DNA of 39,709 nucleotides from Reclinomonas americana ATCC 50394 (Eukaryota): NCBI GenBank assembly GCA_048213135.1, contig PS015072.1, positions 77,521 to 117,229 of the forward strand, read 5' to 3'. Shown piece by piece: positions 1 to 39,709 of this stretch (position 1 is its first letter; each line of letters starts with the position of its first letter). The notes under the pieces were generated by a model. It saw only the letters and a program-made list of their open reading frames with translations, ran no database searches and was not told where the DNA came from. The position numbers and the translations under genes were made by a program.

Positions 1-189
1 AAAGAGAGAGAGAGAGAAAGGAGAAAAAAGGAGGACCATTGGAAAGGTCACCGTCGTAAACCTGTGTGTGAAAAAAAACGAGAGAAAGAAAAAACAACAG
101 ACTGTATTACTACTTTTCACACACGGGCACGAATTTGGGTGGCACACGTGCGCGCGGCACACAAGCGGACGGCTTGAGATACGCGACGA

Positions 190-426
190 TCAGGAGGCCT
201 TGAATACGAGTACGGCCAGGTTGCCGCCCCAGAACACAAACAGGAGGGTGTTGACCTGCAGTGGGGAACAGGGAATGAGAATTAGGAAGGAAGAGGGAGA
301 GGGAGAAAAGAGTGTGTGCGGCGCAACTTCGTATGTGATTTCGAATGAAAAGTGCTCGCCGAGGATGACGTGCCAAGGGCCGCCCAGCTTCTTGTCGAGT
401 GAGTCCTTGATGTACTTGGAGGCGCC
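190..426 (-). CDS. DNAL4: Axonemal dynein light chain 4 (LC8 family), last two exons; 5' exons not visible
   Basis: Exons 426-328 and 255-190 join in frame across a GT..AG intron (327-256). Product GASKYIKDSLDKKLGGPWHVILGEHFSFEITYE|VNTLLFVFWGGNLAVLVFKAS* matches the DNAL4 C-terminal pattern (DKKFG.WHV..GE.F.FEIT.EV..LL....GG). Confidence 0.88.
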   Translation of the reverse strand, partial: GASKYIKDSLDKKLGGPWHVILGEHFSFEITYEVAPHTLFSPSPSSFLILIPCSPLQVNTLLFVFWGGNLAVLVFKAS

Positions 427-907
427 CTGTCGATTGGAGAAGGGGGTGAGGGGGGAATGGGGGAAGGCGGAGGGTGAGGGGGGAATGGGGGAAAGGGGGA
501 AGAAGTGGGGGAAAGGAAAAGAGCGGAGTTGAGTGAAGACAGGTGCGACGTTATGCACGACTAAGTGGAGCACGGCACGCATTATGGCGAGGAGGATGAC
601 AGAGGAGTAACGAGCTGCAGCTACCAGTGGAGGACGTGAAGACTGTGTACAGGAAAAGAGAGGAAGGGGAAGAGGAACGGCATGCAGCACTGAGAGTGGA
701 AGATGCTAAGAGTACGAGCACGTGACGAGAGACAAGGACACTTCGCGAGATGACAGGTGATCGAGAGGAAGGAGAAGAGGAGTGAAATGCGCACTTCCGT
801 GGAGGATGGGGCACAAACACTGCAAGGTTGTGAATATGTGGTGAGCAAGGAAGAAGAGAGAAGCACAATGGATGACCAGGGGATGAAGCACAGAGAGAGG
901 TTGCACG

Positions 908-1100
908 TGATCGAGAGGCGAGGAGAAAGATAGGAAGGAAGGGAGAGGAGAAACAAGTTGCATTTTGCCAGTGGAGGACGAGACAGAAACTGCACAAAGT
1001 GCCTGCGATCGAGAGGCGAGGACGAAAAGAGAAAGGGAGGAAAGGAGTGGTAAGTTGCGTTTGCCAGTGGAGGGCAAGACAGAAACTGCTGTGATCGAGA
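908..1100. repeat. Degenerate ~97-bp tandem repeat (2 copies plus remnants) in the DNAL4 upstream intron
   Basis: gatcgagaggcgagga...aagttgc.tttgccagtggagg.c.agacagaaactgc occurs twice; ccagtggagga recurs at ~624 and ~1264. Confidence 0.65.
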
Positions 1101-1524
1101 TGAAAGGAGGAAGACAGGAGGTGCATGAATGGCAAGCTGTGTAAGAATGAGCTGTCACTAGAAGGCGACGAGCGCGCAAGTACTGCGCGAGGAGCCTGCA
1201 GCGATTTTATAAAAGTGTGCAAGGCAGCAGCGAGCGAGAGAGGAGTGGCACTCTGCATTTGCACCAGTGGAGGATGATATGACAAGGGCGATCGAGAAGC
1301 AAGGAGGCAGGGAGAAACGAGGAAGAGGAGTCGCATGCTGCGTAGTGTTGAGCTGTGCATGAGAATGCTGCAGTGACAGGAGAAGAAGGATGAGATGCAG
1401 TGGGGCAATCAACGATCAGTGGGCTGTTCGCGAGAGAAAAGACAGGGAGGAGGAGTATGCTGCCTGTCAAGGGTAAGGCCCAGTCATGGCACCTCAAGGT
1501 GATCGCAAAAAGAGACAGAGAGAG

Positions 1525-1570
<46 letters not shown>

Positions 1571-2408
1571 GAACGACGACGACGTCGTACGTAACGGTAA
1601 CGGTAANNNNNNNNNNNNNNNNNNNNNNNNNNNNNNNNNNNNNNNNNNNNNNNNNNNNNNNNNNNNNNNNNNNNNNNNNNNNNNNNNNNNNNNNNNNNNN
1701 NNNNNNNNNNNNNNNNNNNNNNNNNNNNNNNNNNNNNNNNNNNNNNNNNNNNNNNNNNNNNNNNNNNNNNNNNNNNNNNNNNNNNNNNNNNNNNNNNNNN
1801 NNNNNNNNNNNNNNNNNNNNNNNNNNNNNNNNNNNNNNNNNNNNNNNNNNNNNNNNNNNNNNNNNNNNNNNNNNNNNNNNNNNNNNNNNNNNNNNNNNNN
1901 NNNNNNNNNNNNNNNNNNNNNNNNNNNNNNNNNNNNNNNNNNNNNNNNNNNNNNNNNNNNNNNNNNNNNNNNNNNNNNNNNNNNNNNNNNNNNNNNNNNN
2001 NNNNNNNNNNNNNNNNNNNNNNNNNNNNNNNNNNNNNNNNNNNNNNNNNNNNNNNNNNNNNNNNNNNNNNNNNNNNNNNNNNNNNNNNNNNNNNNNNNNN
2101 NNNNNNNNNNNNNNNNNNNNNNNNNNNNNNNNNNNNNNNNNNNNNNNNNNNNNNNNNNNNNNNNNNNNNNNNNNNNNNNNNNNNNNNNNNNNNNNNNNNN
2201 NNNNNNNNNNNNNNNNNNNNNNNNNNNNNNNNNNNNNNNNNNNNNNNNNNNNNNNNNNNNNNNNNNNNNNNNNNNNNNNNNNNNNNNNNNNNNNNNNNNN
2301 NNNNNNNNNNNNNNNNNNNNNNNNNNNNNNNNNNNNNNNNNNNNNNNNNNNNNNNNNNNNNNNNNNNNNNNNNNNNNNNNNNNNNNNNNNNNNNNNNNNN
2401 NNNNNNNN

Positions 2409-11557
<9,149 letters not shown>

Positions 11558-11778
11558 TCTGCTTTCTCTCTCTCTTTTTCTCTTTCTCACACACACAGAG
11601 AGCACAGAGAGGCACACACACTCAACGCACAGTGTCCCGACTCGCAGAGAGACACTATGCGAGTGATTGAGAAAGAGACAGTTGTGTGGAGCGCGAGCGC
11701 CAAACCACGCAACGCGCTTTTTTCGCGCGCAAATTTCTTTTTTTGTGAAAGAGATCGTGAAGGGAGGGAAGGGAGAGA

Positions 11779-11916
11779 ATGGAGGAGAGAAAGGTGTTGG
11801 GCGGCAACTATGAAGAAGAATTCGAATTCGAAAGCATGCCCATTTGGCAAACAAGTCCGGATCCCGGCGCCGGCGAATTCGAAGGTGCTTTTTTGTTCTC
11901 AACATCGAAGTTGTAG
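11779..11916 (+). CDS. Possible first exon or small ORF of an unidentified gene divergent from IFT140
   Basis: ATG 11779 opens MEERKVLGGNYEEEFEFESMPIWQTSPDPGAGEFEG..., with a possible G|GT donor at 11885. The following non-microsatellite sequence has protein-like stretches (RLTAIDFDLVPNEFAKLELAA), but I could not build a coherent gene model. Confidence 0.3.
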   Translation: MEERKVLGGNYEEEFEFESMPIWQTSPDPGAGEFEGAFLFSTSKL

Positions 11917-12865
11917 AAAGAAAGCACACGAGGTTGTTGGCGATCACTGTTAGATGCTCATTGTTGTGTTGTCTCAGTGAAGTTCTATACCATTATTATG
12001 AGATTTCATAACGCAGATCGATATCACTCGTACTATCTCGACGCAGCGCTGCGTTCCCTCTGCAACTTTTGCAATCCAAACAGGTGCAAATGCATGATGG
12101 GTGGCAGACACGGAGACATCACAGAAACACAAAAAAGCTGAACGTTGGCGTTGTTTTGCAAAGAAACCGTCTGACCGCCATCGATTTCGACCTAGTACCC
12201 AATGAGTTCGCCAAGCTCGAGCTCGCTGCGTGCAAGTCGACTGCGGCTCCGGTTCCACTGTGCATCCATGACCTTCGATGATCACAACCGGAAAGGATCA
12301 GCGCTGCGTGATGCGGCAGCGCGAAGAGCACAACTGCAAATGAAACAGAGGTGCAAGCGTTGCCCGTTTGATCCACGACCGCAGAGCGGCTTCACTGTAA
12401 ATCCTGCAACTCCTGCGCAAGAGGTGCACAGACTCACCGATATCAGACTTGCGGCGGTCAGGAATGGACACTGTGACCGCAGAGCGGCTCAGTGCAGGAA
12501 GCATTGGCACTTACCGATAGTGCGGCGTTCGATCAGCTGGTTTCAGCAACAAACACTGACGGTGCAAGGTGGCCGCACTGCAGAAAGCACAGACACTCAC
12601 CGACATCTAACGCGCGACGGGCGATCAACTGGCTTCAGGAACAGACACCGACGCTGCCAGTGCAGAACCATGCTCCAAAAGGCACTCCAAGGACGGCTGC
12701 AAACTCAAGCTTGCTTTCCCCCTTCCCCCCTGTCCCCTACCCCACTCCTCCCTTCAATCTGACTGCATCGCCTTGCTTCTTTGTACACTGTTGTACGTTG
12801 ATCTGGGAATTTCGTAACCAACTCTCTCTGATTCCTACCCCACCACCACCGCCCGCATCGATCGC

Positions 12866-13971
12866 TTAGAACTTGACGCTGGTGTTGAGTCGCAAATCGT
12901 CATCCTCCTCCTCCTCAAACACACTGCGTTGACCGCTGGCCGCTGGATTGGTGGGTGGTGGCAGTGCGCTGCGACCAGGACGCTGCGGCGACACCGACAT
13001 GGTGGTTGACTTGTGGCGGGGATCCTCGAGCGACAAATCCTCGTCGTCGTGGTACATGAACGACTTGCGTGGCGGCGACGCGGAACTGGCCGCACCCGCC
13101 GCAACACCACCACCAGCGGCAACCGCCTGTGGTCGGGAGCCAGAGTCGTACGACAGTTCCTCTTCGTCATCTTGCGCTTCCAGCAAATCGGGCGCGTCGG
13201 GCAGGGCACTATGTGTGGAGAGAGAGAGAGAGAGAGTGTGAGCAAAATGTACGCTTTCCTCATCATTGCCGTGCAACGCAACGTGTAGCGCGCGTCGTGT
13301 TGCCTCTCCGCTGGCTTCGGCTTCTTCTTGAAGAGGTTCTTGAGGCCGGTGCCGAGGGCCGCCAGCTTGGCGCCAATGCCAGAGTTGGAGCGCTCACGCT
13401 GTGGCTCGGAGGATGGAGGGGCGCGGGTTTCTGGAGGAGGGGAAGGGGGGTGAGAAGGGGAGGAGGAGAGGGGAAGGCGGGTGAGAGGAGAAGGGGAGGG
13501 GAGGGGAGGGGAGGGGAGAAGAGAAGAGAGGTTGGAGAGTTAAGGGTAAGAGGGGCAGGGCGGAGGAGAGGAGAAGGCTGGAGAGAGGAGAGGAGAGGAG
13601 AAGGGGAAGGGAGGAAGAGGCAAGAGGGGAGGGGAGGGGAAGTGGGAAGGGAGAGGAGAGGGGAAGTGGGAAGGGAGAGGAGAGGAGAGGAGAGGAGAGG
13701 AGAGTCCTCTTACTTCTCCTTCTCCTTTTCTCTCCTCTTGCTTAGCATTCATCATCTCCATTCTTTCCTTGTCCTCTCTTATCCTCTTGTTCACCGCTTC
13801 CCTTTCCTCTTCCGTTTCCTTCCCTCTCCTCTCCTTCACTCATTCTTTCTTACTCATCTCTTGTCTTTCTTTCTCGTCTTCTTCAATCTGCCTGCTTCTC
13901 TGTTATTCTCGTGCTCTTTCCTCGTCTGCTGCCCTCTTCCTCTCCTCGTTCTCTCCTGTCTTTCTCTTTCG

Positions 13972-14025
<54 letters not shown>

Positions 14026-16004
14026 CTCCTCTCCTCCCTCTCCCCTCTCCTCACCTCCCGCCACCGCCGAGGCCTCCAAATCCTGCAACTCCACCGACGT
14101 CTCATAGCTCGACGGTCCGAGCTGCGGGCTCTGTCTCGATCCCTGCGGCAGCGGGGACGCGCCTCCAGTCTGACGCATGGCACGATGCTGCTCAGCGGCC
14201 GCTGCTCGCAGCTCCTCCTCGTGCAGCCTTCGCGCGAATTCCTCGTCGGCACTCAGGTGCGGATCCGCGTGCGCCGCCGGCATGCCGCCAGCAGCAGCGT
14301 CACCGCCACCACCGCCACCACCACCACCCAATGACAGGAAATCGGCGGGCAACACAGCAGCGGCGGCCTGTCCGTGGTCGTGCTCGGCGTGGGGGCGACC
14401 ACCGGAGTATGGGGGTGGTGGGCCGCGACGGGCGGCGGTGGCGGCGGGTGGGAGGCCGTGGCCGCCGCCGCCACCAGCGGTGGAGTGGTCGAATTGGTCG
14501 CTGAGGCCGAGGGACTGCGGTGGGGGGAATGGGTGAGGGAGGGGAGGGGAAAGGGGGAGTGAGGGGAGTGAGGGAAGAGAGCGAAAGAGATTGAGAATGA
14601 CAGAATCCGTCACACCAAACAGCGATCCTCAACGCATCATCAGAGTCACAGCCGCAAACTCACAGAAAGACACCAAGTCACAGAGACAGATACACACATA
14701 CCCACAGAGAGAGAGAGTGTGTGTGTGTGTGGTGTGAGAGAGAGAATGACAGACACGCCAACGAGTGATCCGTTGGCGTTACGCAACCGTAAAGAGACAG
14801 CAAGACTCAGATACACGCATACACACGAGCGCGCGCAGAAAGAGAGAAAGATACGCAAACGCCAGATGAACGAGCAGAAAAAAGAACGGCGACATACCAA
14901 TGAGCGACAGCCAGTACCTCGACACAGGTCGAGGAAGACACTCACAGAGAGACACCAAGCCACACAGAGAGTCACAGAGCCACACACAGAGAGAACAGAA
15001 CACGCCACGAAAAACCACACACACAGAGAGAGAGAGAGAATGACAGAATCCAAGCGAGACACGCCAATGAGTGACAGCCAGTACATCGACAGATGCAGTC
15101 GCACACGCCACAGAGAGATACCGGGTTACAGAGACAGAAACACGAGCACAGAGAGAGAGAGAGGACAGAGACAGAGAGAGATCAGCACGCAAATTCAATG
15201 ACCAGCGAGAATGAGAGATGATTGAACGTGGGCGAGTCACGCCAACGAGCGATTCCCAACACGTCGACACCGTTGGAGTTCACGCCACCCTCAGAGACAC
15301 ACACGAACAGTCACACACAGAGACGCGAGACACGAAAGAACAACCGAACACACCAACTCTTCTCCCTCCCTCTCTGCCCCCCTTTCCCTCTCTGCCCCCT
15401 CTTCTCCCTCTAATCTCTCTCTCTCTCTTCCCTCTCCTCCTCCTCCTCCAGCATGCCCACCTGATCCACATGCGCAGGCACACTCGTATCCTGCAACTCC
15501 AACAACTGCGTCACCGCCAGATCCATGTTTCCGCGTGTCAGACGCAAGATCTCTCGAATCACCACCGTGTCAGTTTGCTCAAACATCCTACAATAAGCGC
15601 ACAGAGAGAGAGAGAGAAGAGGGAACACACAGACACAGAGAGAGGGTGAGTGAGTGACAAAGAGACGGAAATATTAAGCTCTCAATGACAACGGACACAT
15701 GGGAGCTTGGGCACACATAGCATACATAGCAAGACAGGCAGTGTGTGAGTGTGTGAGTGTGTGAGTGTGTGTGTGTGTGCGTGTGTGTGTGACAACAGAC
15801 AAAGTGTGACACTTTGACAGAGACACATTGTGAGACACTCTCACACGCAGTGACACACACACACACACATACACACACAGTGTGACACACAATGAGAGCC
15901 AACGAGTGAAATAAAACGAAAAATCGTTGGTGTCTTATGTGTGTGCGTGCACAAACGCACCCTTTGAGTGTCTCAATCGCCTGTTGCTCTGTGATGGTTG
16001 CCAT
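12866..16004 (-). CDS. CUE-domain ubiquitin-binding protein (CUEDC1-like architecture)
   Basis: Exons 16004-15961, 15587-15461, 14514-14055, 13430-13283 and 13208-12866 are in phase. N-terminal CUE (QQAIETLKGMFEQTDTVVIREILRLTRGNMDLAVTQLLEL), PPPPY, LPADFL, MIU-like DEEFARRLHEEE, basic helix GAKLAALGTGLKNLFKKK, acidic disordered tail. Confidence 0.8.
14594..15275. repeat. Degenerate ~150-bp tandem array in a CUE-gene intron
   Basis: agaatgacaga... and ac(g/a)ccaa(c/t)gag(t/c)ga motifs recur at ~14594, 14743, 14884, 15036 and 15239. Confidence 0.6.
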
Positions 16005-16343
16005 TGTGTCTTCCTCTCTCTTTGTGTTCTTCTCTCTCTCTCTGTCTGTGTGTCTGTCTGTCTGTGAGCGTGTGCTCCGCGGTGCAACCGTGTCGCGAAT
16101 TTGAACAAAGAAAGGCGGACAATGAATGTCGGAGGACATTCACTTGTCTTCCCGACTTCGATACGTTGCGGAATGCCGCGTTGAGCGCTTGCATGTGGAC
16201 GAGAAAAAGAGGTGAATTGAACATGGATAATCCGCAGTTGTCCGCAAATGCAGCTTCAAGGCAATAGAGATAAAACTTTCACTGAACACACAAAAAATGA
16301 GCATCGCCAACAAGTCTCGTGCGTTTTCCTTCTACAACTTGAC

Positions 16344-36047
<19,704 letters not shown>

Positions 36048-36305
36048 GGTTGGCGCACTCGTTGCGCGCTCTCTCGTGCACAACAGAAAACGGAGTGATA
36101 GGGACGCCACAATAGTTGTCAGACCGACAAGAAAAAGGCGGACGCGACAGGAGACGATACATATGACAATTTTTTTGACCGCGTCTCGCGTGGCACAGGC
36201 ACTCTTCGAGTCGCGGGTGCCGGACATTAGTGAATCCAGCCACACGCACACTGTTTGCTGCTGTCCAGCCTTGCTAGCTGACACTGGCACGAGTCGTCGA
36301 CCACA

Positions 36306-38334
36306 ATGGACGAGCCACATGCGGTAGCGGCGGCGCGCAGCATGCTGTCGGTGCCGCCTCGCCCAAACCCACCTTCTGGATCCAGTGGTGTGTATGTGTA
36401 TGTGAATGTATGTATGTGTGTGTGTATATCTGTGTGTGTTTGTGGGAGAGAAAGCGTGCGTGTCCAGTCGTGTCCACGCCACTGACGACGACAATGACGA
36501 CGATGAGCAGCAGGCATGAATCCTTCGCAGGCTGGCGGGGGCTATCGAGCGCGGACAGACGTCTTTGGTGCGACTCCTAGCGGACAGCAGGTGCCGGGAG
36601 CACGTCCTTCGCCTCCTGCTGCGACGACTCCCAGTTGGCAGCAGCTGCCTGGAGCACGTCCCTCGCCTCCAGCTGCTACCACAACCAGTGCACGACCGCC
36701 GATGCCGGCAGCATGGGTCCCTGGCAGCATCCCGCTCTACAACGCACAAGGTGCCTTCATTGGATACGAAGCGCCACCGCCACCGCCACCACCGCCACCG
36801 CGCCCACCGAGTCCACCACCCGCTCCACAGCAGCAGCAGCAGCAGCAGCAGCAGCCGTTCATGCCTGTGTACCAAACAACACCAACGCCTTATGGTGGCG
36901 CAACATCCGCGGCCGCACAGCAGCTGCCATCGTCAGCAGCTGCACCGCAGCCAGTTGTGGTGCCACCACAACCAACCCAAGCACAGCATTCAGCGCCAGA
37001 TGTCCCTCCTCGAGCAGCAAGCACAAGACCGCCTCCACCACCGCCACCACCAGTGGTACAGCGAGCAGCCCCTGCACCGGTCGTCGCCAGCAATGCAACA
37101 CTACCTCCACCACCGCAACGAGCACAGCCGATAAGGGTAGCGGCGGCGCCGAGTGCCGTCTCTTCACAGGCAAGTTATTCTTCAGAGCAAAACTGGCGCT
37201 TCTTCGAGTACTCATCACCAACTTTGCAGGTGCCTCAACCGCAATCAGCGGCTGCCCCACAAGCACCGCCACTACCACCACCCGAGCCACTGGAGAGCTT
37301 GATCCGGTTCGACCCCTCGCTGACGTGCCAAGTGTGCTCGGACACCGGCCTTGAGATGTGCTATGCGCTGCCATGTAGCCACGGAATCTGCAAGGACTGG
37401 TCAGTGTGTGGCGGTCCTTCTTAAGATCTTGGTATTCCGTGCACGTATGCATGACGCTAATCGTGATGAATGCAGTCTGCTTGAGACTGTGCGCAGTCAC
37501 GTGACCAGTCGAACTGAGCCGCTGACATGCATGCAAAGGGGCTGCCGGCAAGGTACTGGTTGCCCTATCACGTTGCGTTCAATAATCAGTGGTTTGTTTA
37601 CCTCAATATGCGCCTTCATAGACATTCCTGTTGACATTATCTGCGACGCGTGCTCGACTGAACCGGAACATTTTGTCTTGTACGAAAACATGCTGAACGA
37701 GTACTTTATAAGGAGTGCAGCTCGCACGCGACAGTGTCCTGGTGTAAGTGCCCCGTTACCACCTGTCACCGCAATCGCAACATACTGAGACACGATGTTT
37801 CCCTGTTAGTGTGGCACGTGGTGTGAGCTGGTGAGAGTTCGCAACGGCCGCACTGACTATGACATGAGGTGCACGTGTGGAGCGCATTTCTGTTTCCGGT
37901 GTTGTTCTCCATGGAGCAACGGAGGGTGCTCAAACCCAAGCTGCGTGACACCAAGTCAGATTCTTCTCGCCGCCCCGATGATCGTGAGTTGTGGATCTTG
38001 GTCTAGGAACATGATGCTTGTGCAACTCACTGGTCTGCGCGCAGACAATCCCACCCAATCCCGAGCAACTGCCGAAAATGCGGGCGTGTCCTCGCTGCTT
38101 CTCTATACAAGGTAAGCGAAGATTTGGTGCATCGTGTACTCGATTGCCGTCGGAATAACCTGCGCTAACACTTTCACAGAACACGACAAGGGTTGCAAGC
38201 ACATGAGATGCCACTCGTGTCGCACCGAGTACTGCATGCGATGTCTCGCGGTGAAAGGACCCTCTGGATGGCCATGCGGTTCGTTCAACCACCCGTGCCC
38301 AGTTGCCCCTGTTCAAAATGTACCAGATGCGTGA
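36306..38334 (+). CDS. RBR (RING1-IBR-RING2) E3 ubiquitin ligase with Pro/Gln-rich N-terminus
   Basis: Exons: optional 36306-36387, then ~36514-37399, 37476-37552, 37622-37743, 37810-37983, 38045-38111, 38180-38334, all in phase (alternative start ATG 36516). RING1 CQVC..CSHGICKDC..CMQRGC; IBR CPGC..CTCGAHFCFRC..C..C; RING2 RACPRC..EHDKGCKHMRCHSC..YCMRC with the catalytic Cys in GCKHM. Confidence 0.92.
36570..36680 (+). repeat. Two in-frame 54-nt tandem repeats (TPSxQQxPGARPSPPAAT) in the RBR N-terminus
   Basis: Visible in translation and DNA; a (CAG)n polyQ tract follows at ~36828-36855. Confidence 0.75.
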
Positions 38335-38413
38335 TGGGTAATAATGTCAGTGAATGACTCCAAAGAAATCGTCACTGCTGTGCATATGCAAAACAGCAAA
38401 ACACCATACACTG

Positions 38414-38967
38414 TCAACCGTGCCCATCTCCGTCTCTTCTCCCTCTTCTTCTTCTCTCCGCTCCCCCATCACCGTCACCACCACCATCACCACCGTCATC
38501 GACATCATCACCGTCGCTGGGTGGCGGCGGCGAGGGTTTCGACTTGGTCGGTGACCCGTCGACTTTCAGCTCCTTGTGATCCTGAATGAACGAGACGCGG
38601 CGCACGCGGAAACTGCCACTGCCCGTCACAGAGCCCGGAGCGCGCACATTATTGGCACTGCCGCTGCGACTCCGCCGCAGTCCCGAGTCCAGCGAGCGGA
38701 ACGCCGCGTCATGTGGCGAGTCAGCTGCTGCTGCTGCTGATGCCGTACCGCCTCCATTCGCTGGTGGCGATCGGGAGCGAGTGGCCATGGCCGACGGCGG
38801 CATTGCACTGACCGGCATCTGGAACTGCACAGAGGAGGGGTCGCCCTGAATGCTTGTGGCCGCTGAGGCGACGGCGGCAGCACCACCACCGCCGCCGCCG
38901 CGCAGGTCAGGTGCGGATCCATAGTGTCCGTGACCCGAGGAGCGCATAAGAGGAGCGCGGTCGCCAG
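38414..38967 (-). CDS. Terminal exon of an unidentified gene (disordered Gly/Ser/Ala-rich C-terminus); upstream exons outside the window
   Basis: Polypyrimidine tract plus CAG acceptor at 38968-38970, then an open GC-rich frame (..GHYGSAPDLR..LRRSRSGS..RVRRVSFIQDHKELK..) to stop 38414. Confidence 0.6.
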
Positions 38968-39709
38968 CTGCGATGGGAGGGGAAGGGAAAGGGAGAAAGG
39001 AGGGAGAGGGAGAGGGAGAAAAGGGTGAGGGTGACGAGTAAAAGCGTCATCGCGAAGAGGGCAACAGGGAGGTGCCATTGGGAAGAGGGTGCGGCGACAG
39101 GCTACAGAGTGGGCGACGAATGGAAGCATAATCAGAGAAAGGGGATCATTGTTGAAGACTGAGAAGGGGCATGAGAAGGCAACGGGTGGATACATCGTCG
39201 GATAAGAGAGGGCGATTGCCAAACGCACAGAGAGCAAGACAAACAAACACCAATAGACAGACTAATAGACAAATAGACGACCAAGGAATATGAGGACGAA
39301 GAAAACGAAGCTGGAAAGCGACGGTGGGAACATGGTGTGATTGACAATAGAAAGAGAGACCGCAATGTTGTGACAGACAACAACGTTTACACTGGCACAG
39401 AAGGGAGAGAATGTGTGACGACCAGGCTAAAGAGACGAGCTACCGATGTGGAAGCGAAAGCGAAGCGACAAGATGAGGTAATGTCTGTGCAAAAAGAAAA
39501 AAGGAAATAAAAGCACGACATGGCTGCGACAGAGTGAGCAGACACGTAGAAGGCCATTGAGATGAGGGCGTTGTGACGAAGACTGGGCAGCAGCTGACGC
39601 AACAATGAACACAAGAGTACGACCGCTTCTCACTGCAATATCCCTTTTCGGTTTCTAAACCTTTCTTCTTCCCTCTCCCCTCCCTCCTCCCTCCCCTCCT
39701 CCGCTCCCC

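Noticed and set aside
11719-11735. E2F-like TTTCGCGC element in the IFT140 upstream region
   Set aside because: Single short match with no independent support.

Overview
Eukaryotic, intron-rich genomic DNA from a flagellated microbial eukaryote (organism not identifiable from sequence). It is a draft assembly with N gaps and pyrosequencing-type noise. Genes reconstructed by hand across introns, in order: (1) 3' exons of axonemal dynein light chain 4 (minus); (2) IFT140, 26 visible exons running into a gap (minus); (3) a possible small unidentified plus-strand ORF; (4) a CUE-domain ubiquitin-binding adaptor (minus); (5) a ~19.7 kb minus-strand gene for a giant protein, estimated at 4,500-5,000 aa; (6) an RBR (RING1-IBR-RING2) E3 ubiquitin ligase with a Pro-rich N-terminus (plus), head-to-head with the giant gene; (7) the disordered last exon of an unknown gene (minus). 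The giant protein has one intact AAA+ ATPase module, at least two degenerate AAA-like copies, a class-I-glutamine-amidotransferase/GIFT-like domain and, probably, a C-terminal MIDAS vWA domain beyond a gap. The best candidate for an undescribed system is this giant AAA+/vWA protein paired divergently with the RBR ligase, next to the CUE adaptor; it resembles a split RNF213-type cell-autonomous defence module. Splicing oddities: a frequent GTTGCG(T) donor, two GC-AG introns, and long introns built from local tandem repeats with complementary purine/pyrimidine ends.
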